This document shows, in pieces, positions 13,142 to 26,400 of a stretch of DNA of 64,000 bases (position 1 is its first letter; each line of letters begins with the position of its first letter). The notes under the pieces are model-generated. The model was given only the letters and a program-made list of their open reading frames with translations. It ran no database searches and had not been told where the DNA came from. The stretch spans positions 88,288,001 to 88,352,000 of the forward strand of contig NC_092351.1 in NCBI RefSeq assembly GCF_963676685.1. Reading direction: 5' to 3'. The stretch is from Mytilus edulis. Its lineage: Eukaryota. The translations under genes and the position numbers were made by a program.

Positions 13142-13400
13142 GTTAAAATATTTTGTGTATCCGTGTTTCTAGTGCAAAATTTACAAAATCTCTCATTAGA
13201 GGGTATTGTTGGTCTTGCATACCTACCAGTTTCTATTGATAATGAGTGGGCACTTATTCTTAATTTAGTGATAAATAAAAAGTTAACCACAGTTTCCATC
13301 TTTTATCTTAAGATAGTTCAAATTTAATTTAATTTTGTAGAAATCTTCTAGTTTCTGTTTGAAATTACTATTACAATGCTTGTTAAAGGGTATTCCAATA
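13142..13400 (-). mobile_element. LINE ORF2 3' fragment
   Basis: KLRISAHSLSIETGRY..ERFCKFC, the same motif class as 35460-35620. Confidence 0.7.
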
Positions 13401-13537
13401 TATTTCATTAATTCAGATAATTTATTAGACCACAAATTTTCTCTGTACTAAGTTGATATTTTAATAGGATTGATTGATTGTTGGTTGCTTAATGTCCAGT
13501 GGCAAATATTTCAGGCATATCTATCAGGACAAATATT

Positions 13538-15890
13538 TACACAGTGTCTGTAAATTGTGTCATTTTAGGATAATTTAGTTTGTATCAAGCAGATACATTG
13601 TTATGACACAGTGTCTGTAAATTATGTCTTTTTAGAATAACTTAGTTTGTATCAAGGAGATATTCTGGTAGAACACAGTGTCTGTAAATTGTGTCTTTTT
13701 AGGATAATCTAGTTTGTATCAATTAGATCCATTGATAGGACAAAGTGTATGTAAATTGTGTCTTTTAAGGATAATATAGTTGTATCAAGTAGATACATTG
13801 ATATGACACAGTGTCTGTAAATTGTGTCTTTTAAGGATACTATAGTTTGTATCAAGTAGATATGTTGATAGGACAGTGTCTGTAAATTGTGTTTTTTAAG
13901 GATAATATAGTTTGTATCAAGTAGATATGTTGATAGGACATAGTGTGTTTAATTGTGTCTTTTAAGGATAATATAGTTTGTATCAAGTAGATATGTTGAT
14001 AGGACACAGTGTCTGTAAATTGTGTCTTTTAAGGATAATATAGTTTGTATCAAGTAGATATGTTGATAGGACAGTGTCTGTAAATTGTGTCTTTTAAGGA
14101 TAATATAGTTTGTATCAAGTAGATATGTTGATAGGACACAGTGTCTGTAAATTGTGTCTTTTTAGGATAATTTAGTTTGTATCAAGTAGATACATTGATA
14201 TTACACAGTGTCTGTAAATTGTGTCTTTTTAGGATAATTTAGTTTGTATCAAGTAGATACATTGATAGGACAGTGTCTGTAAATTGTGTCTTTTAAAAAT
14301 AATTTAGTTTGTAGATATGTTGATAGGACAGTGTCGGTAAATTGTGTTTTTTAAGGATAATTTAGTTTGTATCAAGTAGATACATTGATAAGATACAGTT
14401 TCTGTAAATTGTGTCTTTTTAGGATAATTTAGTTTGTATCAAGTAGATATGTTGATAGGACACAGTGTCTGTAAATTGTGTCTTTTAAGGATAATATAGT
14501 TTGTATCAAGTAGATATGTTGATAGGACACAGTGTCTGTAAATTGTGTCTTTTAAGGATATTTTAGTTTGTATCAAGTAGATACATTGATATGACACAGT
14601 GTCTGTAAATTGTGTCTTTTAAGGATAATTTAGTTTGTATCAAGTAGATATGTTGATAGGATACAGTTTGTGTAAATTGTGTCTTTTAAGGATAATTGAG
14701 TTTGTTTGTATCAAGTAGATATATTGATATGACACAGTGTCTGTAAATTGTGTCTTTTAAGGATATTTTAGTTTGTATCAAGTAGATACATTGATATGAC
14801 ACAGTGTCTGTAAATTGTGTCTTTTAAGGATATTTAGTTTGTATCAAGTAGATACATAGATAGGACACAGTGTCTGTAAATTGTGTCGTTTAAGGATAAT
14901 TTAGTTTGTATCAAGTAGATACATTGATATGACACAGTGTCTGTAAATTGTGTCTGATAAGGATAATTTAGTTTGTATCAAGTAGATACATTGATAGGAC
15001 AAAGTGTCTGTAAATTGTGTCTTTTCAGGATAATTTAGTTTGTATCTAGTAGATACATTGATATGACACAGTGTCTGTAAATTGTGTCGTTTAAGGATAA
15101 TTTAGTTTGTATCAAGTAGATACATTGATATGACACAGTGTCTGTAAATTATGTCTTTTAAGGATAATTTAGTTTGTATCAAGTAGATACATTGTTAGGA
15201 AACAGTGTCTGTAAATTGTGTCTTATGAGGATAATTTAGTTTGTATCAAGTAGATACATTGATAGGACAAAGTGTCTGTAAATTGTGTCTTTTAAGGATA
15301 ATTTAGTTTGTATCAAGTAGATACATTGATAAGACACAGTGTCTGTAAATTGTGTCGTTTAAGGATGATTTAGTTTGTATCAAGTAGATACATTGATATG
15401 ACACAGTGTCTGTAAATTATGTCTTTTAAGGATAATTTAGTTTGTATCAAGTAGATACATTGAAAAGTTTGTATCAAGTAGGATACAAACTGTATCCTAT
15501 CAATGTCTGTAAATTGTGTATTTTAAGGATAATTTAGTTTGTATCAAGTAGATACATTGATAGGACACAGTGTCTGTAAATTGTGTATTTTTAGGATAAT
15601 TTAGTTTGTATCAAGTAGATACATTGATAGGACACAGTGTCTGTAAATTGTGTATTTTAAGGATAATTTAGTTTGTATCAAGTAGATACATTGATAGGAC
15701 ACAGTGTCTGTAAATTGTGTATTTTAAGGATAATTTAGTTTGTATCAAGTAGATACATTGATAGGACACGGTGTCTGTAAATTGTGTATTTTAAGGATAA
15801 TTTAGTTTGTATCAAGTAGATACATTGATAGGACACAGTGTCTGTAAATTGTTCCTTTTTAGTATTTTTGATTTGTATCAAGTAGATACA
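13538..15890. repeat. 67-bp satellite array, about 35 copies
   Basis: Consensus ACACAGTGTCTGTAAATTGTGTCTTTTAAGGATAATTTAGTTTGTATCAAGTAGATACATTGATAGG. Period measured from 15541 to 15608. Confidence 0.95.
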
Positions 15891-18851
15891 TCAGAAACAT
15901 AGTGTACATGTCTAGTGGCTTTCGAAGCGTTCCGTAAATTGTACAATTATGATATCATTTGGCCACCACTTTTAGAATCACTTAAGGCATTTTTATTGCA
16001 TGCAACTATATTTATTGCTTATATGTCACTTGAAACAAATTAAATTGGTTTATAGGACAGCTAACTGTTATCCGTAAAGAAAGATCACGTTGCAAAATTT
16101 TGCTATTATTGTTATCCCATTCTCAAAAACGGATCAATTTTGTCATGGTACATGTATAGAAATAACAGAAACTAAACTAGAATATTGTCTAATTTATTTG
16201 TAAAAAATATGAAATGCACAAAGGTTAAAGTCCCCTAATTCTCTGTCTTTGGTGACAAGTACCAGTGTTCATGTGTTCTAAGTTTTAAAAGTTTGAATAC
16301 ATGTAGGAATAATGGATTCAGTTTCAATTTGAATCGGAGATATGGTAAAAACCAATAAGCATTAATAAAGCAGCCACAAGAATGTACACCTTTGCCGCTT
16401 AGCTATATATACAATTGGGAGGTTGTTACATAAAATAGCCTGAATATATAATAAGCCCGATATATTCACATCTGACGGCGTTACTTTATCTCATGTGGGC
16501 AATTGTTTCTTATTCCATTACAGGGTAATTTAAATATAAATATATGTGTGTGGTCATTTAAAAGTACGGTCACGGCGGTGTGTTGTGTCGCTACCGCATT
16601 TGTGGCGGTGGTCGAACTCAGTGTCCAATAACTCTTGGCATAGCCACTGAATTCGACCATGTGGCGAAAATAGCGACACAACATCTACAAATATATTATG
16701 CTTCTTATAATGGAATTATGTATCCGCTGAGCTTCTGTTTCCCAGGGCCAGCATCCGATATATTTTGGAAGCAATAATGTTAATAAGGATATTATATTGA
16801 TATATAAGGAAATGACATTATAAGGAATAACAATAAGGTGGAAATAAGGAATAAGAATAATGTGGAAATAAGGAATAAGGAATGGACAATAATGTGGAAA
16901 TAAGGAATAAGGAATGGACAATAATGTGGAAATAAGGAATAAGGAATGGACTATAAGGTTTAATTATATATACTAGGGACTTGCCAATTATGTTTCTCGG
17001 CAGTCCCATTCTTTGTCAAGCCGTGGCCGTACAATTTTGTACTTTTGCCAAATAAAATATTTCTTACTTTATATATTTGTATGTCATTTGGCCCCACGTT
17101 GTCTCAGATAATAAGATTTATTCCTATGAAGAATAAATCCGGTTATCGGAGGAAAGTGGGCTTACGTTTTGGGAGTTGTCCCGCTTTGAACACGTGGTGG
17201 AACTTGTTATGTATTATGAGTCACGTTAATTATTTTAACCTTGATAACTGTGACGTCATCATTCTTTCTTTACCACGTACGATACAGCAGAGGGAAGACG
17301 CAAAAAATTGGGTTCTGTATGAATTAACTAATGTTTGTTTCAAAAGTTACCCACCCACCCACCACTTAGATAAAAGACATACTCCTAAAATGTAGTTAAT
17401 ATACATGTGTTAAATGTTATATTATGTTATATCATGTTGTTCGTTTTTCTGCTGTTTTTGTTCTATTTTTCAGGTTGAAATGACTGGTAGCTTATTCCGA
17501 TTGTAATCCCAATCCTTCGTCACGGCTTCAGACAAAGACTCCGACCATTGTAATCCAAATCCTTCGTCACGGCTTCAGACAAAGACTCCGACCATTTAAT
17601 GGCGAAAATAGCGACACAACATCTACAAATATATTATGCTTCTTATAATGGAATTATGTATCCGCTGAGCTTCTGTTTCCCAGGGCCAGCATCCGATATA
17701 TTTTGGAAGCAATAATGTTAATAAGGATATTATATTGATATATAAGGAAATGACATTATAAGGAATAAGAATAAGGTGGAAATAAGGAATAAGAATAATG
17801 TGGAAATAAGGAATAAGGAATGGACAATAATGTGGAAATAAGGAATAAGGAATGGACAATAATGTGGAAATAAGGAATAAGGAATGGACTATAAGGTTTA
17901 ATTATATATACTAGGGACTTGCCAATTATGTTTCTCGGCAGTCCCATTCTTTGTCAAGCCGTGGCCGTACAATTTTGTACTTTTGCCAAATAAAATATTT
18001 CTTACTTTATATATTTGTATGTCATTTGGCCCCACGTTGTCTCAGATAATTAATACTATGATAGAAATATATTTTTCCAACAGTAATACAGCATTCCTGT
18101 AAAATTGTTTCGTTTTTGCATTTGTTTTGACTAGATTTTTCTACTGGAAGTATCCGTGAATTGAAATTGCACCCATGACCTTTGACCTCGATTTAAAAAA
18201 AATGCACCATAATTTCTTTTGACGACCGGGATATTTAGAAAGTACACATTCTTAGCTTTCCAGTGATATACAATTTAGCCGTGTGTTAGGTAGGTGCATT
18301 AAAAATGTAAATTTGGCTCTCATATCACTCGCCTAATATTAGTTATAAATAAAGTTGAATTCTTTGATTCGCTGTTTTAAGTCATGCCGGCTAACAAATC
18401 GAAAACTACCTATACGCCTTATTTTAAGTCCAGATTTTTTGTATTCGTATTGACATCTTAGATAGTCATACTGATTAAAATACTACAATAGGGAACAATA
18501 TGACAATGATTGATTTAGAAGTGTCAACCCTTTGATTATGACCCGTGTATATAGCAAAATCCTAAATACACCGTTTTGTGGTGCGCCTGTAAGATGCGCA
18601 ACGTACAGATAAGGTAATAGGTAACAGGTGAATATATTATTTATATCGATATCGGATTCTACCCGGAACTTGTTAACGGGTCTGGAGTGGTGTAAATTCT
18701 AATCAACACCATTGTTCTAATATTAGCTATATATAAAGTTGAATTCTTTGGTTTGTCATTTTTACCCCATGACGGCTGACAAACTCGACCTCGTTATTTT
18801 AGTATTATAGATATATACAAAAATATTTGATCTTGACAGTTTCTTTTGTAG

Positions 18852-21769
18852 GTAAACGTGCTTCGTTTGGTGAAGAGATATTTTGAAATGGAATTCTTTT
18901 ATAGAGATATTGTCAAGATTTTACAAATGAATCATGCCATTAGTATATCACTTCGTCAGGTTAAGAGGTATTTAAAAGAAATGAATCTTGCTCGTAGAAA
19001 AGACTACTCAAATATTCGATCTGTATTTAACTTTGTTCATACGCAAGTCACTTCATACGGACCAGCGCATGGATATCGTTGGATGTATCAGAAGTGTAAG
19101 CGGCACGGGTTTAAAATAAAAAGAGACCACATTAGCCTCATGCTTAACACAATTGATCCAGAGGGGGTATATCTTAGAGCCCGGCGAAGACTAAAAAGAA
19201 GAGAATATTTTTCAAGGGGGCCAAATTTTTGTTGGCATTTGGACTCCTACGATAAATTGAAAAGATATGGCTTATGCATCAATGCTTGCATCGATGGGTT
19301 TTCCAGGAAAATAATATGGCTCAAAGTTGGTAGATCTAGTAGTAATCCAAAAGTCATAGCTAGGTATTTTATAGACGCAATAAAAGAGCATAGAGGTCAT
19401 CCATATAGCATGAGAGGTGATATGGGCACAGAAAATGGGCTGGTTGCAGTAATGCAGACGTTGTTTGCTGGAGATGAAGTGACAATACCTTTCATTTACG
19501 GAAAAAGCACTATGAACACTAGAATTGAGTCCTGGTGGGGCATTTTGCGAAAGAAGTGCTGTCAAGTATGGATATCAGCGATGAAAGGCCTTCAGGAACG
19601 AGGTCAATTTTCAGGAGACAAACTTGACATTAACCTAATTCAATTTTGTTGCATGCAGTTACTTCAGGTACCTTTCTTTTCTATTTGTAGAAATATTTTA
19701 CCTTCCAATATGAGCTCATGGCAATAGGCTTTCTTTGAAAGATCCTTTTTGATACCAATTTTTGTTGTACGTTTTACTTGTTAAAAACTCTTATTTTGAT
19801 ATAAGGAATGTATTATGTTTTTTAATCAATTCCTCACAAACGGTATTTTAAGGGAAAATATAGATTATTTGATACGTTGCTTGGAGCATAACTACGTAAT
19901 TGGTTTACACTTCAAAATTGTTTTATTTTAGTTATCAGTTAGGTCATTACACGATCCACTGTATCTACTAAATCATTGGAATGTCACTCCGTATTCATCG
20001 TAGTAATCTTCATTTGACTAATTTATTTTAGGATGAAGGATTTGATATCGAGGTGCTTGGGTTTTTTTTTCTATTATCAGTCGTTTAGGTTGTCTGAGCT
20101 GCCTGTCAGCAACAGCGAGTGTTCTCTTGTGAATCTTTTTATTTATGTTTTGTCTTCTTTTTCTGTAAACATGGTAAATTGTCTATGATTTTTCTCGATG
20201 AATTGGATCCTTTTTAATTCTTATTTAGATTGTACGTTTTACTTGTTCAAAATTGTTATTCTCATCTTGGTATATCAGGGACAGGCTGCATTAAATACGT
20301 TTAACCCCGCCTCATATGTTTAAGTGTGCGCCTGTCTTATGCCAGGAACCTTTGTCAGAGTTTGTATTTGAATTAATCTTTTAATTTCTTTCTGGGAGAA
20401 GGTTTCTCATTTGGTTTGCCTTGGTGTTAAGTTGGCATATCCTCATGATGCCCTATGGGACCATACATAGACGGTCGTACATGGTGTACATGCTGCATGG
20501 CGGCCTCCGTATGTCACGCTTTAATTGTTCGATGATTTGGTATCTGATTGGCATTTATTCCATAAATTGTACCTGACTTCTAATGATTGTAACGTATAGG
20601 AGTTTTTGTAATAAGTAATATCCTATTTTAACGTATAAACTCGTAAACGACATACATATCAAATGTGATCTGGAACAGAAAAAAAAATAACATCATAGAA
20701 AAAAGTTACCCACATTAGGATTTCTCGGTAACGCGAAATTGTAGAAGAGGGACGAAAGATACCAAAGGGACAGTCAAACTCATAAATCTAAAACAAACTG
20801 ACAACGCCATGGCTAAAAATGAAAAAGACAAACAAACAACAGCACACACGACACAACATAGAAAACTAAAGAATAAACAACACGAACCCCACCAAAAAAC
20901 TAGGGGTGATCTCAGGTGCTCCGGAAGGGTAAGCAGATCCTACTCCACATGCGGCACCCGTCGTGTTGCTTATGTGATAACAAATCCGTCTAAGGGGGAC
21001 GATCCGAGAATTTTGAAAAGGAAGGGTGCTAGAACAAATGAGGGGTGGTGGTGTGCCAGGCTACTATTTGCCGATTTTGGCCTATATTTCACATGAATTT
21101 AACAAAATTTTCCAAAAAAAATAGGGTGCACATACCCGGAACACCCACTTCCCCCACCTTTTAATCGTGTGCTGTTGAATCTGGACATATTTTGAGAATG
21201 ACACATATACTTTCAGTCGACGTTTCGTCTTAATGTATGTTTGCCAATCAGAACCTAGAGAAGACAATTACGCCAACAAAATTGGATTTTTACAGGGACA
21301 TTTGGAACAAACTGATCAGCCCTACTTCTAACGGTAGTGTACAATTAATGGGGAAGATTTTAATAAGATTGCATTTGAAAATCTTGTGATTTGATTGGCC
21401 TTTTGTCCTGATTAAAAATGAAAAATGGCTTTGTCTTTTTTACAGAGCGAACTAGATGACACTGCGCAGGTATGGAACACTCATTATATTAGGAGAAGTA
21501 GAGAGTATGTTTTTCATGGACGGCCTGTCAACATGTATCTTTATCCCGACTTGTTCAATGCTGAGGAGCATATTCGACAGGTCGATGACGACGTGCTACA
21601 CTTTTGTCGATCAGAATGCGCTGAAGAGGACGAGTACCCATGCGAAGAAGAGATTTTTGAGTTGGGATGCATTTACATGGAGGAAAATCTACTGAAACCA
21701 CCCGAAAACGTCGACGAGTCAGTAGCGCTATACCTAAGTTTGCGTCGCTGGTTTATTCAACAGCTATGA
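18852..21769 (+). CDS. IS3-like DDE integrase-core transposase; exons 18852-19667 and 21446-21769 (probable first mini-exon 7729-7755)
   Basis: HTH-like N-terminus (ISLRQVKRYLKEMNLARR, GYRWM) and catalytic motifs WHLDSYDKL, CIDGFSR, RGDMGTEN, NTRIESWW. Phase-0 GT-AG intron 19668-21445 joins LLQ|SELDDTAQVWNTHYIR. No internal stops. Confidence 0.88.
20744..20988 (+). repeat. Interspersed repeat family B (AAGAGGGACGAAAGATACC...), likely Penelope-like-element derived
   Basis: Reverse copies at 45475-45790, 50600-50942 and 56990-57085; forward copy at 53660-53905. The 50.3-50.9 kb copy is attached to a PLE-like RT fragment. Confidence 0.7.
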
Positions 21770-22678
21770 AAATGAAAGAGATACAAAATAAATAAATTGG
21801 TTTATGCTCTCGCTCTTTTGTATTTGCATGTAGTGATATACAAAGCAGTACCTTACGAAAATGGGTGTAACCGATGTTCTTCTATCACACAGGTACAAAA
21901 TATGGTAGTTTTTTTTTTTTATAAAGATCTTGGCTTTTGACTTTGTAAACGTTCCAAAATGATACGTGGAAATAACCATGCTAATGATTTTTGTTGTATA
22001 TCAGACCGAGTGCGTACATATATAGGTCTTTTGATACTTGAACTGTCAATCAACTGTTTGCTAATTACACTTGTTCCATCTTGTTCCGTATGTCAATTCT
22101 CTGAGATATTCTCCAATGCTTCTCTTTCTTTTGCTCTATCTCACACCGTATCCAAACGTTGGTCTTTTGTTCTTTTTGCTAAAAAAAATTCTTCTTCTTT
22201 TGCGCTCTCTTGCACCGTATCCCAACCTTTTTCTTTTCTTCTTTTAGCTCAAAATAGCTCTCCTCTCACAACTTATCCCCACCTTTGTCTGTTGTTTTTT
22301 TTTTCTCGCTCCAATGGGCTCTTTTCCGTTCCTATTCCCGGTACCCCCGGTGATCTACACTGCTCTGATCCGTGCTCACAACCTTGCTTTTCCTACTTTT
22401 GGCGTTATTTTGACAGCAAAGGAGGAGAAGAGAGACTGTGGCCGATGCAAAATGTAACCATGAGTCGTATGAGCAAGGCAACGAGTCATACGAAAAAGCC
22501 ACGAGTCGTATGAGCAACCATACGAGTAGTATGAGGTACCCTGCGAGCAACGACTCTCTCGGTCTCTTTCACTCACTTGTTAGGTGTTTGTGTCTTGTGT
22601 CCAAAATTCCTCAAAAATAGACATGAGTCGTATTAGCATAGCTTTGAGCACTATGAGCAACATTTCGATTCGTATGAA

Positions 22679-23450
22679 AAAGAGTGGACACACTGAAATG
22701 TCTCGCCTGTTCCAGTGTTCATAATATAACTTATGTTGTAAGTATAAAAAACAAGTTTAAACCACAAGCATTATAAATAAATTAACATTTAAATGATCAA
22801 TGTACATGAGACGAAGGTGAGATAAACCCTTTCAGACAGAAATGTAGTTCATGCACTCATTCCATACAACAAATCTAGTTTACCTATTGCTAAAAGTATC
22901 TCCGAATAAACCTCTTAAAAAATAACCTTGACCATGAAATATAGGTCAAGATCAACTTACACCTACTTAACAGACATACACACCTTACAATTATTCCCTA
23001 CACCAAATATAGTTATACTATCCCTTTAGTATCTGAAAGAAGGCCAAATCAGATAAATGTAACATTGGCCAATGAACCATGACCTTGAGGTCAAGGTCAA
23101 ATGATTATTGTCAGAATGGAATCCATACACGAAATATAATTGACTTCTGAGAAATAGACCATATCACAAATTTTTAATTTGGCCAGTCAACCATGAAAAA
23201 GAGGTCAAGGTCAGATTATTATTGACAGACAGACATGTACACCTTACAAACATTCCATACACCAAATATAATTGACTGGATACTTATAGTATCTGCAAAA
23301 TAGACCAAAACACCAAAAAAAATATACTTTGACCACTGAATCATGAAAATGAGGTCACGGTCAGATGTCACCTGCCAGTTGGACATGAACAACTTACAAT
23401 CATTGCACAACCAATTATAGAAGACCTATTGCTTTATAGATATGGACTTA
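22679..23450. mobile_element. Decayed copy of the HINE-like element at 2638-3732
   Basis: Shares AAGAGTG.ACAC.CTGAAATGTCTCGCC and the CCATGAAAA.GAGGTCAAGGTCA cores. Confidence 0.7.
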
Positions 23451-26400
23451 TAAAAAAGAAGATGTGGTATGATTGCCAATGAGACAACTATCCACAAAAG
23501 ACCAAAATGACACAGACATTAACAACTATAGGTCATCGTACGGCCTTCAACAATGAGCAAAGCCCATACCGCATAGTCAGCTATAAGAGGCCCCGATAAG
23601 ACACGGAAGCTTTCAAATATTCCCACGCAACTAAATTAGCAAATAAATCTGTCGTTCGTCATTACTGTGAAGTTTCAAAACATTTAGCCTAACAGTTTCA
23701 GAGGAGAAGATTTTAGAAAATCGGCCAATGAGAATCTAAGATTTGCTATAGCGACCCTGTTTTTCATTGGACCAGAACAAAAATAAGTAAGTTCGTAAAG
23801 AACCTTCAACTGAACATTCCTATAAAGTTTCGTTTAAATCCGTCCAGTGGTTTCAAAGAAGAAGATGAAAATGTGAAAAGATTACGACGGACGACGGATG
23901 CAACTTGATGGTCAGGTGAGCTTAAAATGTAGCATAAGGACATGAAAGATAGACTGTGCCAAGTTCAAAGTAAATCCCTTCAGTGGTTTTTGAGAGAAAA
24001 TTTTCGGAATGTTAACAGCGGGCGACATACGATGGAAAGCAAAAGCACAAATAGTCTTCGGCTAGGTATACTAAGCTAAAAAATAAATATCATGAAATCT
24101 CCTTCAATATCTTTATTTGGTCAACAAAACTGACAAAATAATATAAAGCTGAAAAATGGGGGCCCGTATGCATAACACATCTTAAGGTTATATTTGTTCG
24201 TAAAGGACAGTTTTTTCTTCAAAAGCAATGGACGTCTACTGGTACTCTAAATGGAATTCTTAACTTCAGTATTTTTATGAATACAGGCTCAGGCCATTCT
24301 CAGTAATGCATCATACTCAGTACATTTTATATATTGAACTGAAAAGCAAACTTAATCATGTTTACTTAATAATATTTACATTAAAAAGTTACATTCAGTG
24401 CATATGATATTAAAGTTTTAATAAAGAAAAAAAGCTAAAAACTTTATGATCTTATTTAAATTGGTCTAAATTTGAAAAAAATGAAAACAAAATTTCGACA
24501 GGAATACCTCTGACTCAGAAAAAAAGTGTAATTCACACGGAATAAAAGTGTCAACGAGTTAAAATAATGGTGGAAAGGTTATTTATTGGTTACATGCCTA
24601 AAATTACCCCAGTTGCTGGAAACTACTCTGATACTTTCAGAAAGTACTCCTACAGCTTATTAAAAAAAAGGCAAAAAAGGGACATATCTTCCAAGACGAG
24701 ACATTGGAGCAATGTAATTAATATGCTGACCAATATTTTGATAGCTTTACTGCTTTACAAATACTGAGTCTACCCTCATGATCTATTTCAAGCCATTTGA
24801 ACATTGTTAGTAAACCCTTTAGATTATGTTTACCTAGTTAAGATCAGGACCCTTTTGATTTTTACAGGGTCAAAGATTTTAATATGTTTATGACATATTT
24901 TAATGCCATTTGAACCATGCATGTTTATTTTGTTGAGACAAGTATACACTCTACAGTTATAATCTTCAGTTAAACATATCTAGATTCAGTCAGGCCAGTC
25001 ACTCAAAGGATGCTGCAGTGATCTAGCATTGATGTAAGCATGGTTAAACAATGTGCATTTAGTCCCTGACAAATTTACATTTTGTTGATTCTTCTTTGAA
25101 TCATTACATGAAATCATACAATACAATCTTAAAACAATGTGCATCTAGTCCCTGACAAATTTACATTTTGTCGATTCTTCTTTGAATCATTACATGAAAT
25201 CATACAATACCAACTTATTGAATGTAAGTGATAAAAGCAAAAGAAAGGAATGTCCAAACTTCAATCAAAGAAGTGACTAAACATAATCCATCTCCCACAT
25301 GTTTGTTTTGAATATGTTCATAAAGTCTTCTCTGAGGTCAGCAACAGACTCATAACAAGATGGCAGTTGTGGCATATTCCCACAAGTCTGAGCTGTGGGT
25401 CTCCTCTCAAAACCTGAAAGCATACTAAATGCTACATTTAATTGGTAACACATGAGGTTTGATCCAGTACAAAAACGCATAAAGTTTTGAAGTCCTTTCT
25501 CGTCTAAACTTTTTATAAACTTTTAACGATAACCAGCCACAATCTGTTCTTTGAGTTCAAGAACATCAGGAAACTTTAGAAGTTTCAACACTTTTGCAAC
25601 TGTTGGGTTCTTGTCTTCATAAACTCTTGAACTCTTAGCTGGACTGTTTGTGGAGTTAATGATGAAGTCTTTGAAGGTGATTCATTTGATGGATCAGAAG
25701 ATAAGTTAGCGACTTGTTTATTTACTTGTAGTAATTTGTGATCAGGTAAACTATCATCGGATGGAGATTCCATTTCAGAACAGCCCACAACAGTTGTTGG
25801 TAACTTCTTGCTGTATATGTAAAATCGTAGAAGTTTTGATCCTGTCAAAGTATATAGGTCTCCAATTGTGCAATCATTGTCCATTCTGCCTCCCATAAAA
25901 TTTCTGACTTCAAATTGAAAATCTGTTACGTTTCCTCTTTTCGATTTGCCATTCAGGAAAAATACCTTCTTCCCATGTTGCAGGATATCATCTTGCATCC
26001 AGGTCTTCGGTGCATTGATGTATCTTACGCCTCCACCATTTAGTGTCCTGACTTGACGATATTCACTACTTCTGTAATCGTAATCAAACCACCCAATTTC
26101 AATCTTCCTCTCTTGCTTTTTGGCATTGTCATTCCCTTTCAGCTTTCAATAAAGAATGAAGAACGAATGTACAAAAACAAAGAAATTAAACAACTAAACA
26201 CTCTTTATTCAATGTTTACTTTTTAGCTCATTTTTTTTCAATTGCTAAATATGTGATAAATAGATTATTATTCACTGTAAATTATTCCTGTACATGCACA
26301 CAGTTGCTTACATTACTCAGTTGCTTACCCATGCTACACTACACAAGTATTGGTACTCCAGATCTATATAGTGGAGGAAAGAATAAAGAAGAAGAAGAAT

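Larger units (their letters stand above)
12484..18050 (+). mobile_element. Ngaro/PAT-like tyrosine-recombinase retrotransposon derivative with split direct repeats A1-B1-A2-B2
   Basis: A1 12484-12715 = A2 17109-17340 (232 bp). B1 16662-17112 = B2 17600-18050 (451 bp). Gag-like remnant RNKIINGEYVDLG..KKITDINTWIDAFLIYISIY (12900-13140), YR N-terminal remnant FEAFRKLYNYDIIWPP..FIAYMSL (15910-16030), SGNH-hydrolase-like DGVTLSHVGN (16470-16503). Confidence 0.75.
8783..18335 (+). mobile_element. Academ-type DNA transposon remnant
   Basis: Ends TAGGCGAGTG / CACTCGCCTA, subterminal inverted TTAATGCACCYACCTAACACACGGCTAA, 3-bp TSD ATA (8780-8782, 18336-18338). The reconstructed empty site matches the Helitron's internal repeat near 18710. 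Confidence 0.8.
8561..18811 (-). mobile_element. Non-autonomous Helitron (~700 bp of own sequence: 8561-8782 + 18336-18811), split by an Academ insertion
   Basis: Minus-strand 5' end TCTATAATACTAAAA at 18811. 3' hairpin ACCCGTGATATCACGGGT followed by CTAG (8561-8564). Inserted between A and T with no TSD. Confidence 0.82.

Noticed and set aside
13538-15890. CRISPR-like periodic array
   Set aside because: Head-to-tail 67-bp units with no unique spacers, no cas genes, and a eukaryotic context. The same applies to the 41-bp array and the TIR arrays.
18858-19727. Bacterial IS3 element or contamination
   Set aside because: The gene has canonical spliceosomal introns and is embedded among animal repeats.
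21959-22620. 184-aa ORF and neighbours, with GAGTCGTATGAGC repeats
   Set aside because: Low-complexity sequence without domain motifs. Probably the end of another DNA element, but no boundaries or TSD could be defined.
25046-25211. ~85-bp tandem duplication (similar: 41545-41613 vs 41793-41860)
   Set aside because: Real but ordinary local duplications with no sign of function.
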